Shown here: positions 1-12,102 of the stretch, piece by piece
How positions within the stretch are numbered: position 1 is the stretch's first letter
How the letters are laid out: each line of letters begins with the position of its first letter
NCBI RefSeq assembly: GCF_003790525.1
Contig: NZ_CP033635.1
Source: Escherichia coli
GTDB taxonomy: Bacteria > Pseudomonadota > Gammaproteobacteria > Enterobacterales > Enterobacteriaceae
Length of the DNA stretch: 64,000 nt
Direction: 5' to 3' (one strand)
Program-made: the position numbers and the translations under genes
The notes under the pieces: generated by a model
Database searches by the model: none
Seen by the model: only the letters and a program-made list of their open reading frames with translations
Told to the model about the DNA's origin: nothing

Positions 1-237
1 CAGATATTGCAGGCTCATCGGATCAACCACCAGGCCAACGCCCTGTTTTTCGATGGTCATATCGCCTTCGTTCACCTGATCATCAAAGGTGAAACCATAC
101 TGGAAGCCGCTGCAACCGCCACCGGTGATATACACGCGTAATTTCAGATTCGGGTTATCTTCGTCAGCGATCAGGCTTTTAACTTTGTTGGCTGCTGCGT
201 CGGTAAACTCCAGCGGCAGTGCTACGTCATCACTCAT
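1..237 (-). CDS. erpA: Iron-sulfur cluster insertion protein ErpA; C-terminal part cut off by window edge
   Basis: Minus-strand frame from ATG at 235-237 translates [26 protein letters not shown]...[11 protein letters not shown] and runs off the window start. Confidence 0.85.
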
Positions 238-318
238 ATTTTGCTCCAAACGACATCGGCAATTGGGCAAATTCTAACCCAATAATAATCGCCATTATCT
301 AATACCCTGGTATTTCGT

Positions 319-1758
<1,440 letters not shown>

Positions 1759-1964
1759 TCATACAAATAAGATGACGGCATTTTACTCGCACGTTCCATG
1801 AAAATCCTTTGCAAAGCGTAATGTTTCAAATGCACAAAACTTTTATACTCTAAGAAATCAGGATTGCACCAGTACAAGCAGCCTGATGTTTGACGAGTAT
1901 TTAACTTGTTATGAATAACATAGAATAGCAGCCATTCACTTTTTCTACGAATCAGGAACCCTCC

Positions 1965-3245
1965 ATGAGTAAGTCTGAAAATCTTTACAGCGCAGCGCGC
2001 GAGCTGATCCCTGGCGGTGTGAACTCCCCTGTTCGCGCCTTTACTGGCGTGGGCGGCACTCCACTGTTTATCGAAAAAGCGGACGGCGCTTATCTGTACG
2101 ATGTTGATGGCAAAGCCTATATCGATTATGTCGGTTCCTGGGGGCCGATGGTGCTGGGCCATAACCATCCGGCGATCCGCAATGCCGTGATTGAAGCCGC
2201 CGAGCGTGGTTTAAGCTTTGGTGCACCAACCGAAATGGAAGTGAAAATGGCGCAACTGGTGACCGAACTGGTCCCGACCATGGATATGGTGCGCATGGTG
2301 AACTCCGGCACTGAAGCGACGATGAGCGCCATCCGCCTGGCCCGTGGTTTTACCGGTCGCGACAAAATTATTAAATTTGAAGGTTGTTACCACGGTCACG
2401 CTGACTGCCTGCTGGTGAAAGCCGGTTCTGGCGCACTCACGTTAGGCCAGCCAAATTCGCCGGGCGTTCCGGCAGATTTCGCCAAACATACCTTAACCTG
2501 TACTTATAACGATCTGGCCTCTGTACGCGCCGCGTTTGAGCAATACCCGCAAGAGATTGCCTGTATTATCGTCGAGCCGGTGGCAGGCAATATGAACTGC
2601 GTTCCACCGCTGCCAGAGTTCCTGCCAGGTCTGCGCGCGCTGTGCGACGAATTTGGCGCGTTGCTGATCATCGATGAAGTGATGACCGGTTTCCGCGTAG
2701 CGCTAGCTGGCGCACAGGATTATTACGGCGTAGTGCCAGATTTAACCTGCCTCGGCAAAATCATCGGCGGTGGAATGCCGGTAGGCGCATTCGGTGGTCG
2801 TCGTGATGTAATGGATGCGCTGGCCCCGACTGGTCCGGTATATCAGGCGGGTACGCTTTCCGGTAACCCGATTGCGATGGCAGCCGGTTTCGCCTGTCTG
2901 AATGAAGTCGCACAGCCGGGCGTTCACGAAACGCTGGATGAGCTGACAACACGTCTGGCAGAAGGTCTGCTGGAAGCGGCAGAAGAAGCCGGAATTCCGC
3001 TGGTGGTAAACCACGTTGGCGGCATGTTCGGTATTTTCTTTACCGACGCCGAGTCCGTGACGTGCTATCAGGATGTGATGGCCTGTGACGTGGAACGCTT
3101 TAAGCGTTTCTTCCATATGATGCTGGACGAAGGTGTTTACCTGGCACCGTCAGCGTTTGAAGCGGGCTTTATGTCCGTGGCGCATAGCATGGAAGATATC
3201 AATAACACCATCGATGCTGCACGTCGGGTGTTTGCGAAGTTGTAA
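1965..3245 (+). CDS. hemL: Glutamate-1-semialdehyde 2,1-aminomutase
   Basis: 426-aa ORF starting [26 protein letters not shown], aminotransferase class III. Confidence 0.95.
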   Translation: MSKSENLYSAARELIPGGVNSPVRAFTGVGGTPLFIEKADGAYLYDVDGKAYIDYVGSWGPMVLGHNHPAIRNAVIEAAERGLSFGAPTEMEVKMAQLVTELVPTMDMVRMVNSGTEATMSAIRLARGFTGRDKIIKFEGCYHGHADCLLVKAGSGALTLGQPNSPGVPADFAKHTLTCTYNDLASVRAAFEQYPQEIACIIVEPVAGNMNCVPPLPEFLPGLRALCDEFGALLIIDEVMTGFRVALAGAQDYYGVVPDLTCLGKIIGGGMPVGAFGGRRDVMDALAPTGPVYQAGTLSGNPIAMAAGFACLNEVAQPGVHETLDELTTRLAEGLLEAAEEAGIPLVVNHVGGMFGIFFTDAESVTCYQDVMACDVERFKRFFHMMLDEGVYLAPSAFEAGFMSVAHSMEDINNTIDAARRVFAKL

Positions 3246-3252
3246 TGATTTT

Positions 3253-3273
3253 GCCTCGCCCACCGGGCGAGGC
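3253..3273. terminator. GC-rich hairpin between convergent hemL and fhuB
   Basis: gcctcgccc / gggcgaggc inverted repeat followed by attctatt. Confidence 0.5.
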
Positions 3274-3279
3274 ATTCTA

Positions 3280-5262
3280 TTAACGGCTCTGCTTTCTCAA
3301 CAAATAGATAAAATATGGCGCGCCGATAAAGGTCGACAGCAGCCCCGCCGGGATCTGGAATGGAAACAATACCATCCGCCCACACCAGTCAGCGAACACC
3401 AGCAGTAAACCACCCACCAGCGCCGAAATTACGATGTGTGGCATCGTCCGTCGAAAGCCCATCATCCGCGCAATATGCGGTGCCATTAAACCAACAAAAC
3501 TCAACGGTCCAATGGTCATTGTCGCAGTCGCTGTCAGGCAAGCCGCTAACAGCAGCAGCGCAATTCGCGTCGGCGTCAGCGCCATTCCTACGGCTCGTGC
3601 GGTATCACCGCCCAGCGGTAAAATGGTCAGCCAGCGGCGGCACAGCGGGGTAATCGCCAGCAAAATTACCATCACAATTCCCGTGCGCCAGACCTGCGCC
3701 TCGGTCGCGTTGTAGGTCGAACCGGAAATCCAGGTCAGAACTTGCGCCATTCGCGGGTCACCACTTGCCTGCAACATCATCAAAAGCATGGTGAACGCGG
3801 TACTTAACGCCATCCCCGCCAGTAACATGCGGTGTGGGGAAAATCCACCGCGTCCGGCGGCGATCATAATGATCAACAGCGTCACCGCCGCCCCGAGGCT
3901 GCCCGCGGGTAACAGCCAGCCAAAGGCATTACCCGGCACCAAAAACAGCATCAACACCACACCAAACGCCGCGCCGGAACTAATCCCCAGCACTTCCGGG
4001 CTTGCCATCGGGTTTCCGGTCAGCCGCTGAATAATACAGCCCGCCACTGCCAGCATGATGCCCGCAAACAGTGCCGCCATAATTCGCGGCCAGCGCCAGG
4101 GCATTAAATCATCGAGCAGCGCCCCGCTCGCCCACGTCCAGCCGTGCGCATCACGACCAAACGACAGCGCCACCACCACAGCCATCAACAGCAGCACGCC
4201 GCCCGCGAGGGCAAACGCCAGCACGTGTTGGCGTTCAGTCTCGACACGATCGTTGACCTTCATATCCGGCGCGCTAATGCTGCGTAAACGCGGCAGCAAC
4301 CACAGTAGCAGCGGCGCACCGATCAACGCAGTGACCGAACCGGTGGACACTTCCATCCACACGCGAGTCAGCCAGAGGATGATTTGATCGGAAAGCCAGA
4401 GGATCAGCGCACCAATCAGCGACGCCAGCATCAACCTTGGTAGCAGACGCCGCGCCCCCAGCATTTTCGCCAGCAGTGGCGCGAACAAACCGATAAAGCC
4501 GATAATCCCCACCGCGTTCACCAGCAGCGCACTGATGACAATCGCCAGCGACAACGCCGCCAGACGCGCCAGCGACAAGGCCAGCCCGAGATTGCGCGCC
4601 ACTCCATCATCAAGCCCCATCAGAGTTAACGGGCGAAGTAGCAATAACGTCAGCATCACGCCGCCCAGCAGCTGCGGCCATAAACGCTCAACGCCGCCCC
4701 AGTCGGTTTGCGTCAGCGTTCCGGTGCTCCACAGGAACATGCTTTGCAGTTGGTCATGATGGAAGATAACCAGTAACTGATTGATTGCGCCGCAATAAAG
4801 GCTCACTACCAGCCCCGCGAGGATCAGCGTTACCGGCGAAAGCCGTTTCCCCCACGCGACGCCAAAGACGATTAAGCCAACCACACAAGCCCCTGCCAAT
4901 GCAGCAAACTGGCTCGCCATAGCACCTGGGATCGCCCAGAGCGTGGTGACGGTAATCCCCAGTTGCGCGCCTGTTGCAACGCCCAACGTCGTCGGTTCCG
5001 CCAGCGGGTTACGCAGCACTTGCTGAAACAGCACGCCCACCAGCCCCAGGCCCGCGCCCACCAGCAGCGAAATCGCCAGACGCGGCAACAAGCTGTAGTG
5101 AAAAATCATCTGCTCGATGACGTCAATATCCGGCGACCAGGCGGCCTGCGCCCACTGGCTGCGCGGCAGCGCCTGCGAGAAGTTCATCCAGGTCAACGCC
5201 GCAGCAGCAACCACCAGCAGCACCAGCAATAACACCGGAAAAAGCGCAATTCGTTTACTCAC
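3280..5262 (-). CDS. fhuB: Ferric hydroxamate ABC transporter permease FhuB
   Basis: 660-aa duplicated-permease ORF; GTG start overlaps fhuD stop (GTGA). Confidence 0.9.
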   Translation of the reverse strand: MSKRIALFPVLLLVLLVVAAAALTWMNFSQALPRSQWAQAAWSPDIDVIEQMIFHYSLLPRLAISLLVGAGLGLVGVLFQQVLRNPLAEPTTLGVATGAQLGITVTTLWAIPGAMASQFAALAGACVVGLIVFGVAWGKRLSPVTLILAGLVVSLYCGAINQLLVIFHHDQLQSMFLWSTGTLTQTDWGGVERLWPQLLGGVMLTLLLLRPLTLMGLDDGVARNLGLALSLARLAALSLAIVISALLVNAVGIIGFIGLFAPLLAKMLGARRLLPRLMLASLIGALILWLSDQIILWLTRVWMEVSTGSVTALIGAPLLLWLLPRLRSISAPDMKVNDRVETERQHVLAFALAGGVLLLMAVVVALSFGRDAHGWTWASGALLDDLMPWRWPRIMAALFAGIMLAVAGCIIQRLTGNPMASPEVLGISSGAAFGVVLMLFLVPGNAFGWLLPAGSLGAAVTLLIIMIAAGRGGFSPHRMLLAGMALSTAFTMLLMMLQASGDPRMAQVLTWISGSTYNATEAQVWRTGIVMVILLAITPLCRRWLTILPLGGDTARAVGMALTPTRIALLLLAACLTATATMTIGPLSFVGLMAPHIARMMGFRRTMPHIVISALVGGLLLVFADWCGRMVLFPFQIPAGLLSTFIGAPYFIYLLRKQSR

Positions 5263-6149
5263 GCTTTACCTCCGATGGCGTTATCCAGAATACGCACAAA
5301 GTGCATTGCAGAAAGCGTCGCACCATAGAACCAGACCGCCGGAACGCGCTGAAAGCGTCCGGCGCGGACAAACGGCATGGCCTGCCACAGCGGGGTTGCC
5401 ATTAGGGTGTCCATGTCTTTGCTGTTGTCGTGATCAAAACAGAGCACATCAACGTCTTTATACGCTGCCAGACGATCGATACTGACAGCGGTACTGCCCC
5501 AGAAGTTGGTTTCCCCTTGCCAGGCATTTGGGATGCCGTACTCATCAAGAATTTCCTGGAACAGGCTGTTTGGACCGAAGACCAACATATGGCGCGGATC
5601 GATAAGTGTCGTCAGCAATAACGGGCGTGCACCACGCTTCACAAAGCGGGGTTTCATGCTGCGGATAAAGTCTTCATAGTGCGCTAAATGCGTTTCTGCT
5701 GCGCTTTGCAGGTTAAGTAAATCTGCCATTTCCGTCAGTGATTTACGCGCCATCGCCAGCGGCTGTTTGCCATCGCTGAAGTTAAATCCGCGCCCCGGCG
5801 CAATGCGTGCCAGCATTTCTGGTGAAGGGCCATATCCTGCCGACCAGACCATAAACGATGGTTTCATTTCGGTCAGCAGTTCAAGGTTAGGTTCTGTGCG
5901 CAAACCGACGTCGATCACTGAGTCCGGCAATGGTGGTTCGCTGACCCACAGGCGATAGTTGATGGTATCCGCCACGCCGTAAGGCACGATGCCGAGCGCC
6001 AGCAGTAATTCCACCGGCAACCACTCCAGCGCCACAATACGATTGGGATCAATAGCCGCCGCGTGGGCGGTATTCATCTGCCATAACAACGGAGAAAGCG
6101 CCATCGCCGTTAACAGTCGACGGCGCGAAATAAGAGGTAAGCCGCTCAT
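5259..6149 (-). CDS. fhuD: Ferric hydroxamate periplasmic binding protein FhuD
   Basis: ORF MSGLPLISRRRLL...; ATG overlaps fhuC stop (ATGA); start chosen at second Met to give 296 aa. Confidence 0.88.
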   Translation of the reverse strand: MSGLPLISRRRLLTAMALSPLLWQMNTAHAAAIDPNRIVALEWLPVELLLALGIVPYGVADTINYRLWVSEPPLPDSVIDVGLRTEPNLELLTEMKPSFMVWSAGYGPSPEMLARIAPGRGFNFSDGKQPLAMARKSLTEMADLLNLQSAAETHLAHYEDFIRSMKPRFVKRGARPLLLTTLIDPRHMLVFGPNSLFQEILDEYGIPNAWQGETNFWGSTAVSIDRLAAYKDVDVLCFDHDNSKDMDTLMATPLWQAMPFVRAGRFQRVPAVWFYGATLSAMHFVRILDNAIGGKA

Positions 6150-6946
6150 CAATAAACAAAACTCACAGGTGCAGCACCCGCCGGATGCGGCAAAATACCC
6201 ATCGGGATGCCATAAATCATTTCAAGGGTTTCGCCGCGCATAATTTCCGCAGGCGTTCCCTGAGCAATCATTTCACCACCGCGCAGGGCGACCAGATAAT
6301 CACAGTAGCGTGCCGCCATATTGATATCGTGCAACACGGCAATGACCGTCAGGCCACGCTCCTGACTTAAACGGTGCACCAGCGCCAGCACATCAACCTG
6401 GTGGGCGATATCCAGCGCCGAGGTCGGTTCGTCGAGCAACAGACAACGGCTATCCTGTGCCACCAGCATAGCGATCCACGCCCGCTGACGTTCGCCGCCA
6501 GAGAGACTATCGACCAGCCGATGCGCCAGCGGTTTTAAGCCAACCAGCGAAATCGCCTCTTCGACCTTTTCGCGATCTGCCGCACCAAAGCGCCCCAGTG
6601 CGCCATGCCACGGGTAACGACCAATCGCCACCAGTTCACGCACGGTCATCCCTTCTGCCGGAGGAAGCTGCTGCGGCAAATAAGCCACTTTGCGGGCAAA
6701 CGCTTTGCTGCTCCAGCTTTCCAGCGGCTGGGCATCAAGGAGAATCTCCCCTTCCGACGGTGGCTGGTGACGACCAAGCATTTTGAGCAGAGTGGATTTA
6801 CCAGAACCGTTGTGACCAATCAGACCGGTCACTTTCCCGGCAGGAAAGGTTAACGACAGCGGATGCAAAAGCGTGCGCCCGGGCACACGAAAGGAGATAT
6901 TACGCAGTGCAAAAGTGGTATCGGAATGATTCGTGTATTCCTGCAT
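6149..6946 (-). CDS. fhuC: Ferric hydroxamate ABC transporter ATPase FhuC
   Basis: Walker A GHNGSGKST and LSGGERQR signature; start trimmed to MQEYTNHSDTTF (265 aa). Confidence 0.9.
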   Translation of the reverse strand: MQEYTNHSDTTFALRNISFRVPGRTLLHPLSLTFPAGKVTGLIGHNGSGKSTLLKMLGRHQPPSEGEILLDAQPLESWSSKAFARKVAYLPQQLPPAEGMTVRELVAIGRYPWHGALGRFGAADREKVEEAISLVGLKPLAHRLVDSLSGGERQRAWIAMLVAQDSRCLLLDEPTSALDIAHQVDVLALVHRLSQERGLTVIAVLHDINMAARYCDYLVALRGGEMIAQGTPAEIMRGETLEMIYGIPMGILPHPAGAAPVSFVY

Positions 6947-6996
6947 AACAGCCAACTTGTGAAACGGGCACGGAAATCCGTGCCCCAAAAGAGAAA

Positions 6997-9255
6997 TTAG
7001 AAACGGAAGGTTGCGGTTGCAACGACCTGACGTTCTGCGCCCCAGAAGCAGCCATAGGTGTTAAAGCAGCTGGCGACGTATTCACGATCGAACAGGTTGT
7101 TGACATGCAGCGCCACGTTGGAGCCAGCCATGCCGACTCGCGCCAGATCATAACGCACTAACGCATCCACGACCGTATAACTTCCCACTTTAAAGGAGTT
7201 AGCCGGATCACCATAGCTGGAGCCAGTATAACGACCACCGGTGCCCAGCGTCAGACCTGAAAGCGGACCGTCAAAGAAGGTATAGTCAGCCCACAGCGAA
7301 GCCATGTGTTTTGGCACCTGTGCAGGCGTATTGCCTTTATAGGTAGTGTCGGTGGTGTATTCCGCATCGGTGTAAGTATAAGAACCTACTACGTTAACAC
7401 TCGCCGACAGCGCCGCTTTTGCTTCCAGTTCTACACCACGAGCGCGAATCTCACCGCCTTCAATCGAGAAATTGGGATTATTCGGATCCGCCATCAGGTT
7501 GTTGGTTTTGGTAAGCTGATACAGTGCGCCCGTCAGCACAATTGGGCGATCTTCCGGCACATATTTCACACCAACTTCATACTGTTTGCCTTTCGAAGGT
7601 GCAAACAGATCACCGTTTGCATCTGTCAAAGATGCTGGCTCAAACGACTCACTGTAGCTGAAGTAAGGCGTTACCCCGTTGTCGAACAGGTAGTTTACGC
7701 CACCACGCCAGGTGAACTGTTTGTCATCACGATCGGATTTATTACCGTAATCACGGTTGAAAGATGACTGTTCCGCCCAGTCATAGCGACCACCCAGAGT
7801 CACCAGCACCTTATCCCACTGCGCCTGATCCTGAACATACAGACCGGTTTGTTTCTGTTTAAGCAAAACGCGGTATGGGCCAGACGGATCCGGGTGAGCA
7901 CCAAAATCAAAGTCACTACGGTCTAAATTATAGATATCAGACGGTGCAACGGAACCGGCGTAACCGAACCAGGAGTCAATATCATTACGCATACGCATAA
8001 AGTCAACGCCGGTCAGCAGAGTGTGTTCAACCGAGCCGGTTGCGAATTTACTTTGCAACTGAGTATCAACAGAGAAGTTTTCTAATTTCTCATTATCGAT
8101 AACGTACTGACGAGTCAGTGTATGATTCCATTCTGACTGCGGGATACTTAAACATGGACTCGCCTTGAGTGCATCGTCGTCTTTGGTATACAGCGGATCC
8201 GAGCACATGCCGTAGCCATATACGCTCTTTTGCGAGACTTTATTTTGCGCAAAGCGCAGGTTCTGACGCACAGTAAAGGTGTCGTTAAATTCGTGATCGA
8301 AGCTGTAGCCCACCATCTTCTCATTACGAGAATAGGTGTTGTTCTTCGCCCCTTCATTAAAGTCTGTCGGCAGACGCTTACCGTTCGGCAGCGGCTCAAC
8401 GGTTCCCTCTTTCGGCAACCAGCCGTAATAACCGGTTTCCGGTTCGTTCTGGAAGTAAGAAAGGAAAGTGAAATTGGTTTTATCATCCGGGCGCCAGGTG
8501 AACGCTGGAGCAATAGCATAACGCTGCTCTTCTGCCCCCTTCTGCTGAGCATTGGCTGAACGCGCAATACCAGTCAGACGATAAGAGTAAACGCCGTCAT
8601 CATCCAGCGCATCACTGAAGTCAAAACCAGTCTGGAACAGGCTGTCAGTACCGGCTTTAAACTGAATTTCTTTCAGCGGTTCTGTAGTCGGGCGCTTGCT
8701 GACCATGTTCAACAGGCCGCCAGGGCTGCTTTTCCCGTACAGCACGGATACCGGACCACGCATGATTTCAGCGCGCTCCAGCATATACGGATCGATAACT
8801 GCATCGTTATAGAAGTTGCCCTGCATCTTCAGGCCATTCAGATAGTTGTTCTGGCTTTGGCCGTCAGCGGCAAATCCGCGGATGATCAGGTAATCGTAAG
8901 TGTTGGATGCGCCACGAGTTCCCACGGCAACGCCAGGAGTGTAGCTAAGAGCTTCTTTTACCGACTTCGGCTGATGCAGCGCCATCTCTTCGGCGGTCAC
9001 AACAGAAATAGACTGTGGCACTTTTTGAATCGGCGTATCGGTTTTAGTGCCGGTAGCGGACTGTCGCGCCGCAATAGTTGCAGCTGGCCCCCATGCGCTT
9101 TCTTGCGGCGCAGGTGCAGCGGTAACGGTGATAGTGTCTTCTTTCGGTTCAACCGCTGCCTGTGCATAAACAGACATGCCGCTAACCGCTGTGGCTACTA
9201 CAACTGCGATTTTACGCAGTGAGTGTTTTGGCTGAGCAGTTTTGGAACGCGCCAT
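6997..9255 (-). CDS. fhuA: TonB-dependent ferrichrome outer membrane receptor FhuA (divergent allele, 752 aa)
   Basis: N-terminus MARSKTAQPKHSLRKIAVVVATAVSGMSVYAQA and C-terminal TonB-dependent receptor motif ...ATATFRF. Confidence 0.9.
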   Translation of the reverse strand: MARSKTAQPKHSLRKIAVVVATAVSGMSVYAQAAVEPKEDTITVTAAPAPQESAWGPAATIAARQSATGTKTDTPIQKVPQSISVVTAEEMALHQPKSVKEALSYTPGVAVGTRGASNTYDYLIIRGFAADGQSQNNYLNGLKMQGNFYNDAVIDPYMLERAEIMRGPVSVLYGKSSPGGLLNMVSKRPTTEPLKEIQFKAGTDSLFQTGFDFSDALDDDGVYSYRLTGIARSANAQQKGAEEQRYAIAPAFTWRPDDKTNFTFLSYFQNEPETGYYGWLPKEGTVEPLPNGKRLPTDFNEGAKNNTYSRNEKMVGYSFDHEFNDTFTVRQNLRFAQNKVSQKSVYGYGMCSDPLYTKDDDALKASPCLSIPQSEWNHTLTRQYVIDNEKLENFSVDTQLQSKFATGSVEHTLLTGVDFMRMRNDIDSWFGYAGSVAPSDIYNLDRSDFDFGAHPDPSGPYRVLLKQKQTGLYVQDQAQWDKVLVTLGGRYDWAEQSSFNRDYGNKSDRDDKQFTWRGGVNYLFDNGVTPYFSYSESFEPASLTDANGDLFAPSKGKQYEVGVKYVPEDRPIVLTGALYQLTKTNNLMADPNNPNFSIEGGEIRARGVELEAKAALSASVNVVGSYTYTDAEYTTDTTYKGNTPAQVPKHMASLWADYTFFDGPLSGLTLGTGGRYTGSSYGDPANSFKVGSYTVVDALVRYDLARVGMAGSNVALHVNNLFDREYVASCFNTYGCFWGAERQVVATATFRF

Positions 9256-9294
9256 TGGTATATCTCTGATGTAAAGTGAATGATAACGTAAACG

Positions 9295-9327
9295 AGAATG
9301 ATTATTATAAAGATAAGATAATATTCG
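9295..9327. promoter_or_regulatory. Candidate Fur box in fhuA promoter region
   Basis: GAGAATGATTATTATAAAGATAAGATAATATTC; first 19 nt match Fur consensus GATAATGATAATCATTATC at 13/19 positions. Confidence 0.5.
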
Positions 9328-9474
9328 AAACGCTGGCGGGTTCGCAAGCGGTACGCAATCTGAGCGTTCCTGAAGGGTTAATAAACAACCAGATGAAAAG
9401 AAAGGGTTAATACTTTAGGTGGGATGTTATTTTACCGGATGGCTACTCGCCATCCGGTATGTCACGCTTAGACG

Positions 9475-12009
9475 TTAATTACTACCAAACATATCCTTGA
9501 TCCAACCGGCTACACCGTCGCTGTCTTTCTGCTCTTGCTGAGCAGGTTGCTGTTGCGGCTGTTGCTGCGGCTGAGAAGACTGATCAAACGGATTGCCTGA
9601 CGGCTGCTGCTGCATCTCACTCTGCTGGCACAGCGATTGCGGATCGCTGGTCCAGACCGGCAAGACACGCATACCACCGCTGCAAACAAAGTTGCCGTCG
9701 TAGTCCACGCCCATATCTGCAATATCTTCCGGCGGAACAAGATTCAGCGGTGTTGGCGTCTGGTTAGCCAGATAACGCTGATAAATCGACATTGCCCCGC
9801 TGGCTCCATACAGTTTGGTCGGTTGGTTGTTATCACGGCCTACCCAGGTGATGGTCACCGTGCTGCCGTCAATGCCCGCAAACCAGGTATCTACGTTATT
9901 GTTGGTAGTTCCTGTTTTCCCTGCCAGATGCAGGTTCGGGTATTTCGCCCCAAGCTGACGCCCCGTACCACGTTGTACCACCTGCTGCATGGTCCATAGT
10001 GTCAGATACGCCGCCTGCGCCGGAACCGCGCGTTCCGCCTGCGGGAAGCTCTGATACAGCACTTTGCCATCTTCCGCAATTACCGAACGCAGCGCAGAAA
10101 GCGGTGCACGGTTACCGCCGCTGGCGATAGTCTGGAATGCCTGCGCCACTTCGATTGGCGTTAAGTTCAACGCCCCCAGCAGCATCGCCGGAACCGGATG
10201 CAGCTGATCTTTCGGCACGCCCAGTTTAATCCAGGTCTCCGTAACCGCAGGCAGCCCCAGCGCCATCCCCAGATTCACCGTCGGCACGTTCATCGAACGG
10301 GTCAACGCATCCACCAGCATCACTCTGCCACTTTCGCTATAACGACGGTCATCGTTCTGCGGTGACCAGACCTGGCCATTCGGCTGACGCAGCGCGATGG
10401 GCGCATCGGCAATCCACGTGTTCAGGCGATAGATTTTCGGCTGGCTTAAGGCAGTCAGATAAGTCGCTGGTTTTGCGAGGGAACCAATCGAACGACGCGC
10501 CTGCATCGCACGGTTGTAGCCCGCAAACTGCGGCTCAGAACCACCGACCATCGCACGAACTTCACCGCTAAAGCGGTCAACAACCACAATCGCGGTTTCA
10601 AGATCGCTCAACTTACGCTGTTTTTTCAGTGCCGGAATGCCTTCCACGGCGGCTTTTTCTGCCGCGTCCTGGGCCACCGAGTCAAAGGTAGTGAAGATCT
10701 TCACGCCGGAGAGATCTTTTACCTTATCGCCTAATTTAGCCTGAAGCTCCTGGCGCACCAGTTGCATAAAGGCTGGCTGAGGAGAGATCACCCCACCGCG
10801 CGGCTGAACACCCAGCGGACGTGCACTCAACATGTCATAGAGTTCTTGATCAATAATCTGTTGCTGTTGCAGCAGACGCAGTACCAGGTTACGTCGCTCC
10901 AGCGCCAGTTTCGGGTTACGCCACGGGTTGTAGATGGACGCCCCTTTCACCATACCCACCAACAGCGCCTGCTGATCGAGGCTCAATTCTTCTACCGGGC
11001 GACCAAAGTAATACAAGCTCGCCAGCGGGAAGCCGCGGATTTCGTTGTCGCCGCTCTGACCGAGATACACCTCGTTCATATACAGCTCAAGAATACGGTC
11101 TTTGCTGTAACGCGCGTCCATGATCAGCGCCATGTAGGCTTCGTTCGCTTTACGCCAGTAAGAACGCTCGCTGGAGAGGAACAGGTTTTTAACCAACTGT
11201 TGCGTCAGCGTACTCGCCCCCTGCACCGTGCGTCCGGCAGTCAGGTTTGCCAGCACCGCACGTCCGATTGAGTAGAGACTGATCCCATCATGCTCGTAGA
11301 AATGACGGTCTTCTGTCGCCAGCAAAGTATCCACCAGCAAATCCGGGAAACCACTGCGCGGCACAAACAGACGCTGCTCACCGTTTGGTGAAGAGATCAT
11401 AGTGATCAGGCGCGGATCAAGACGGAAGAAACCGAACTGACGGTTGTTCTCCATATTGACGATCGTCGCCAGATGATCGCCATCAAAGGTCAGACGTGCA
11501 CGCACCTGCCCTTCTTTACTGTCCGGGAAATCAAACGGACGGCGGATCATCTCAATGCTGTTGGCCTGCACGGTAAATTCGCCAGGACGGGTCATTTTCG
11601 ACACCTGACGATACTGGGTCGCCTCCAGCAGATTCACCATCTCGTTCTTGCTGATGGTCATGTCTGGCTCAAGGTTGACCATCCGGCCATAAACTGCCGC
11701 GGGCAGTTGCCAGACCTTGCCATCAATACGGCTGCGAATTTTTTGATCGAGATAAACGCCGTAAATGGCGATCAGCACGGCAAAAACGATAGCCAGTTTT
11801 AGCAGCAGCCATAGCCAGCCGCGTTTGCCACGAGGCTTACGCCCTTTGCCTTTGCCCTTACCTTTGCGCGGCATCGGTTCTTCATCCTCATAGTCATCAT
11901 AATCGTCGTAATCATCGTCATCTTCGTAACGACGACGGCTTACCTTTTGTTTGACCGGACGCGTCGGTTTCCCTTTGCGTCCAATTGGCTCGCGGTCATT
12001 CCCGGCCAT
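9475..12009 (-). CDS. mrcB: Penicillin-binding protein 1B (bifunctional transglycosylase/transpeptidase)
   Basis: [16 protein letters not shown]...[15 protein letters not shown]... 844 aa from the Met chosen; track ORF extends 5 codons upstream. Confidence 0.9.
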   Translation of the reverse strand: MAGNDREPIGRKGKPTRPVKQKVSRRRYEDDDDYDDYDDYEDEEPMPRKGKGKGKGRKPRGKRGWLWLLLKLAIVFAVLIAIYGVYLDQKIRSRIDGKVWQLPAAVYGRMVNLEPDMTISKNEMVNLLEATQYRQVSKMTRPGEFTVQANSIEMIRRPFDFPDSKEGQVRARLTFDGDHLATIVNMENNRQFGFFRLDPRLITMISSPNGEQRLFVPRSGFPDLLVDTLLATEDRHFYEHDGISLYSIGRAVLANLTAGRTVQGASTLTQQLVKNLFLSSERSYWRKANEAYMALIMDARYSKDRILELYMNEVYLGQSGDNEIRGFPLASLYYFGRPVEELSLDQQALLVGMVKGASIYNPWRNPKLALERRNLVLRLLQQQQIIDQELYDMLSARPLGVQPRGGVISPQPAFMQLVRQELQAKLGDKVKDLSGVKIFTTFDSVAQDAAEKAAVEGIPALKKQRKLSDLETAIVVVDRFSGEVRAMVGGSEPQFAGYNRAMQARRSIGSLAKPATYLTALSQPKIYRLNTWIADAPIALRQPNGQVWSPQNDDRRYSESGRVMLVDALTRSMNVPTVNLGMALGLPAVTETWIKLGVPKDQLHPVPAMLLGALNLTPIEVAQAFQTIASGGNRAPLSALRSVIAEDGKVLYQSFPQAERAVPAQAAYLTLWTMQQVVQRGTGRQLGAKYPNLHLAGKTGTTNNNVDTWFAGIDGSTVTITWVGRDNNQPTKLYGASGAMSIYQRYLANQTPTPLNLVPPEDIADMGVDYDGNFVCSGGMRVLPVWTSDPQSLCQQSEMQQQPSGNPFDQSSQPQQQPQQQPAQQEQKDSDGVAGWIKDMFGSN

Positions 12010-12102
12010 GCTTTTTCTCCGCAATATTCAGGCGCAAAAGCCCGATTTTCTGTTCTTCTGTTGCAAGACAGAAGAAGATATCTCTCAAATTTACTTTGAT
12101 CT

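Noticed and set aside
89-277. 62-aa plus-strand ORF at the window start
   Set aside because: It overlaps the erpA coding region on the opposite strand; the minus-strand frame gives the recognisable ErpA N-terminus.
9434-9458. 10-bp inverted repeat accggatggc-tactc-gccatccggt downstream of mrcB as a terminator
   Set aside because: Neither strand has a U-run after the hairpin in the transcript sense, so it was not called as an intrinsic terminator. It may still form a structure.
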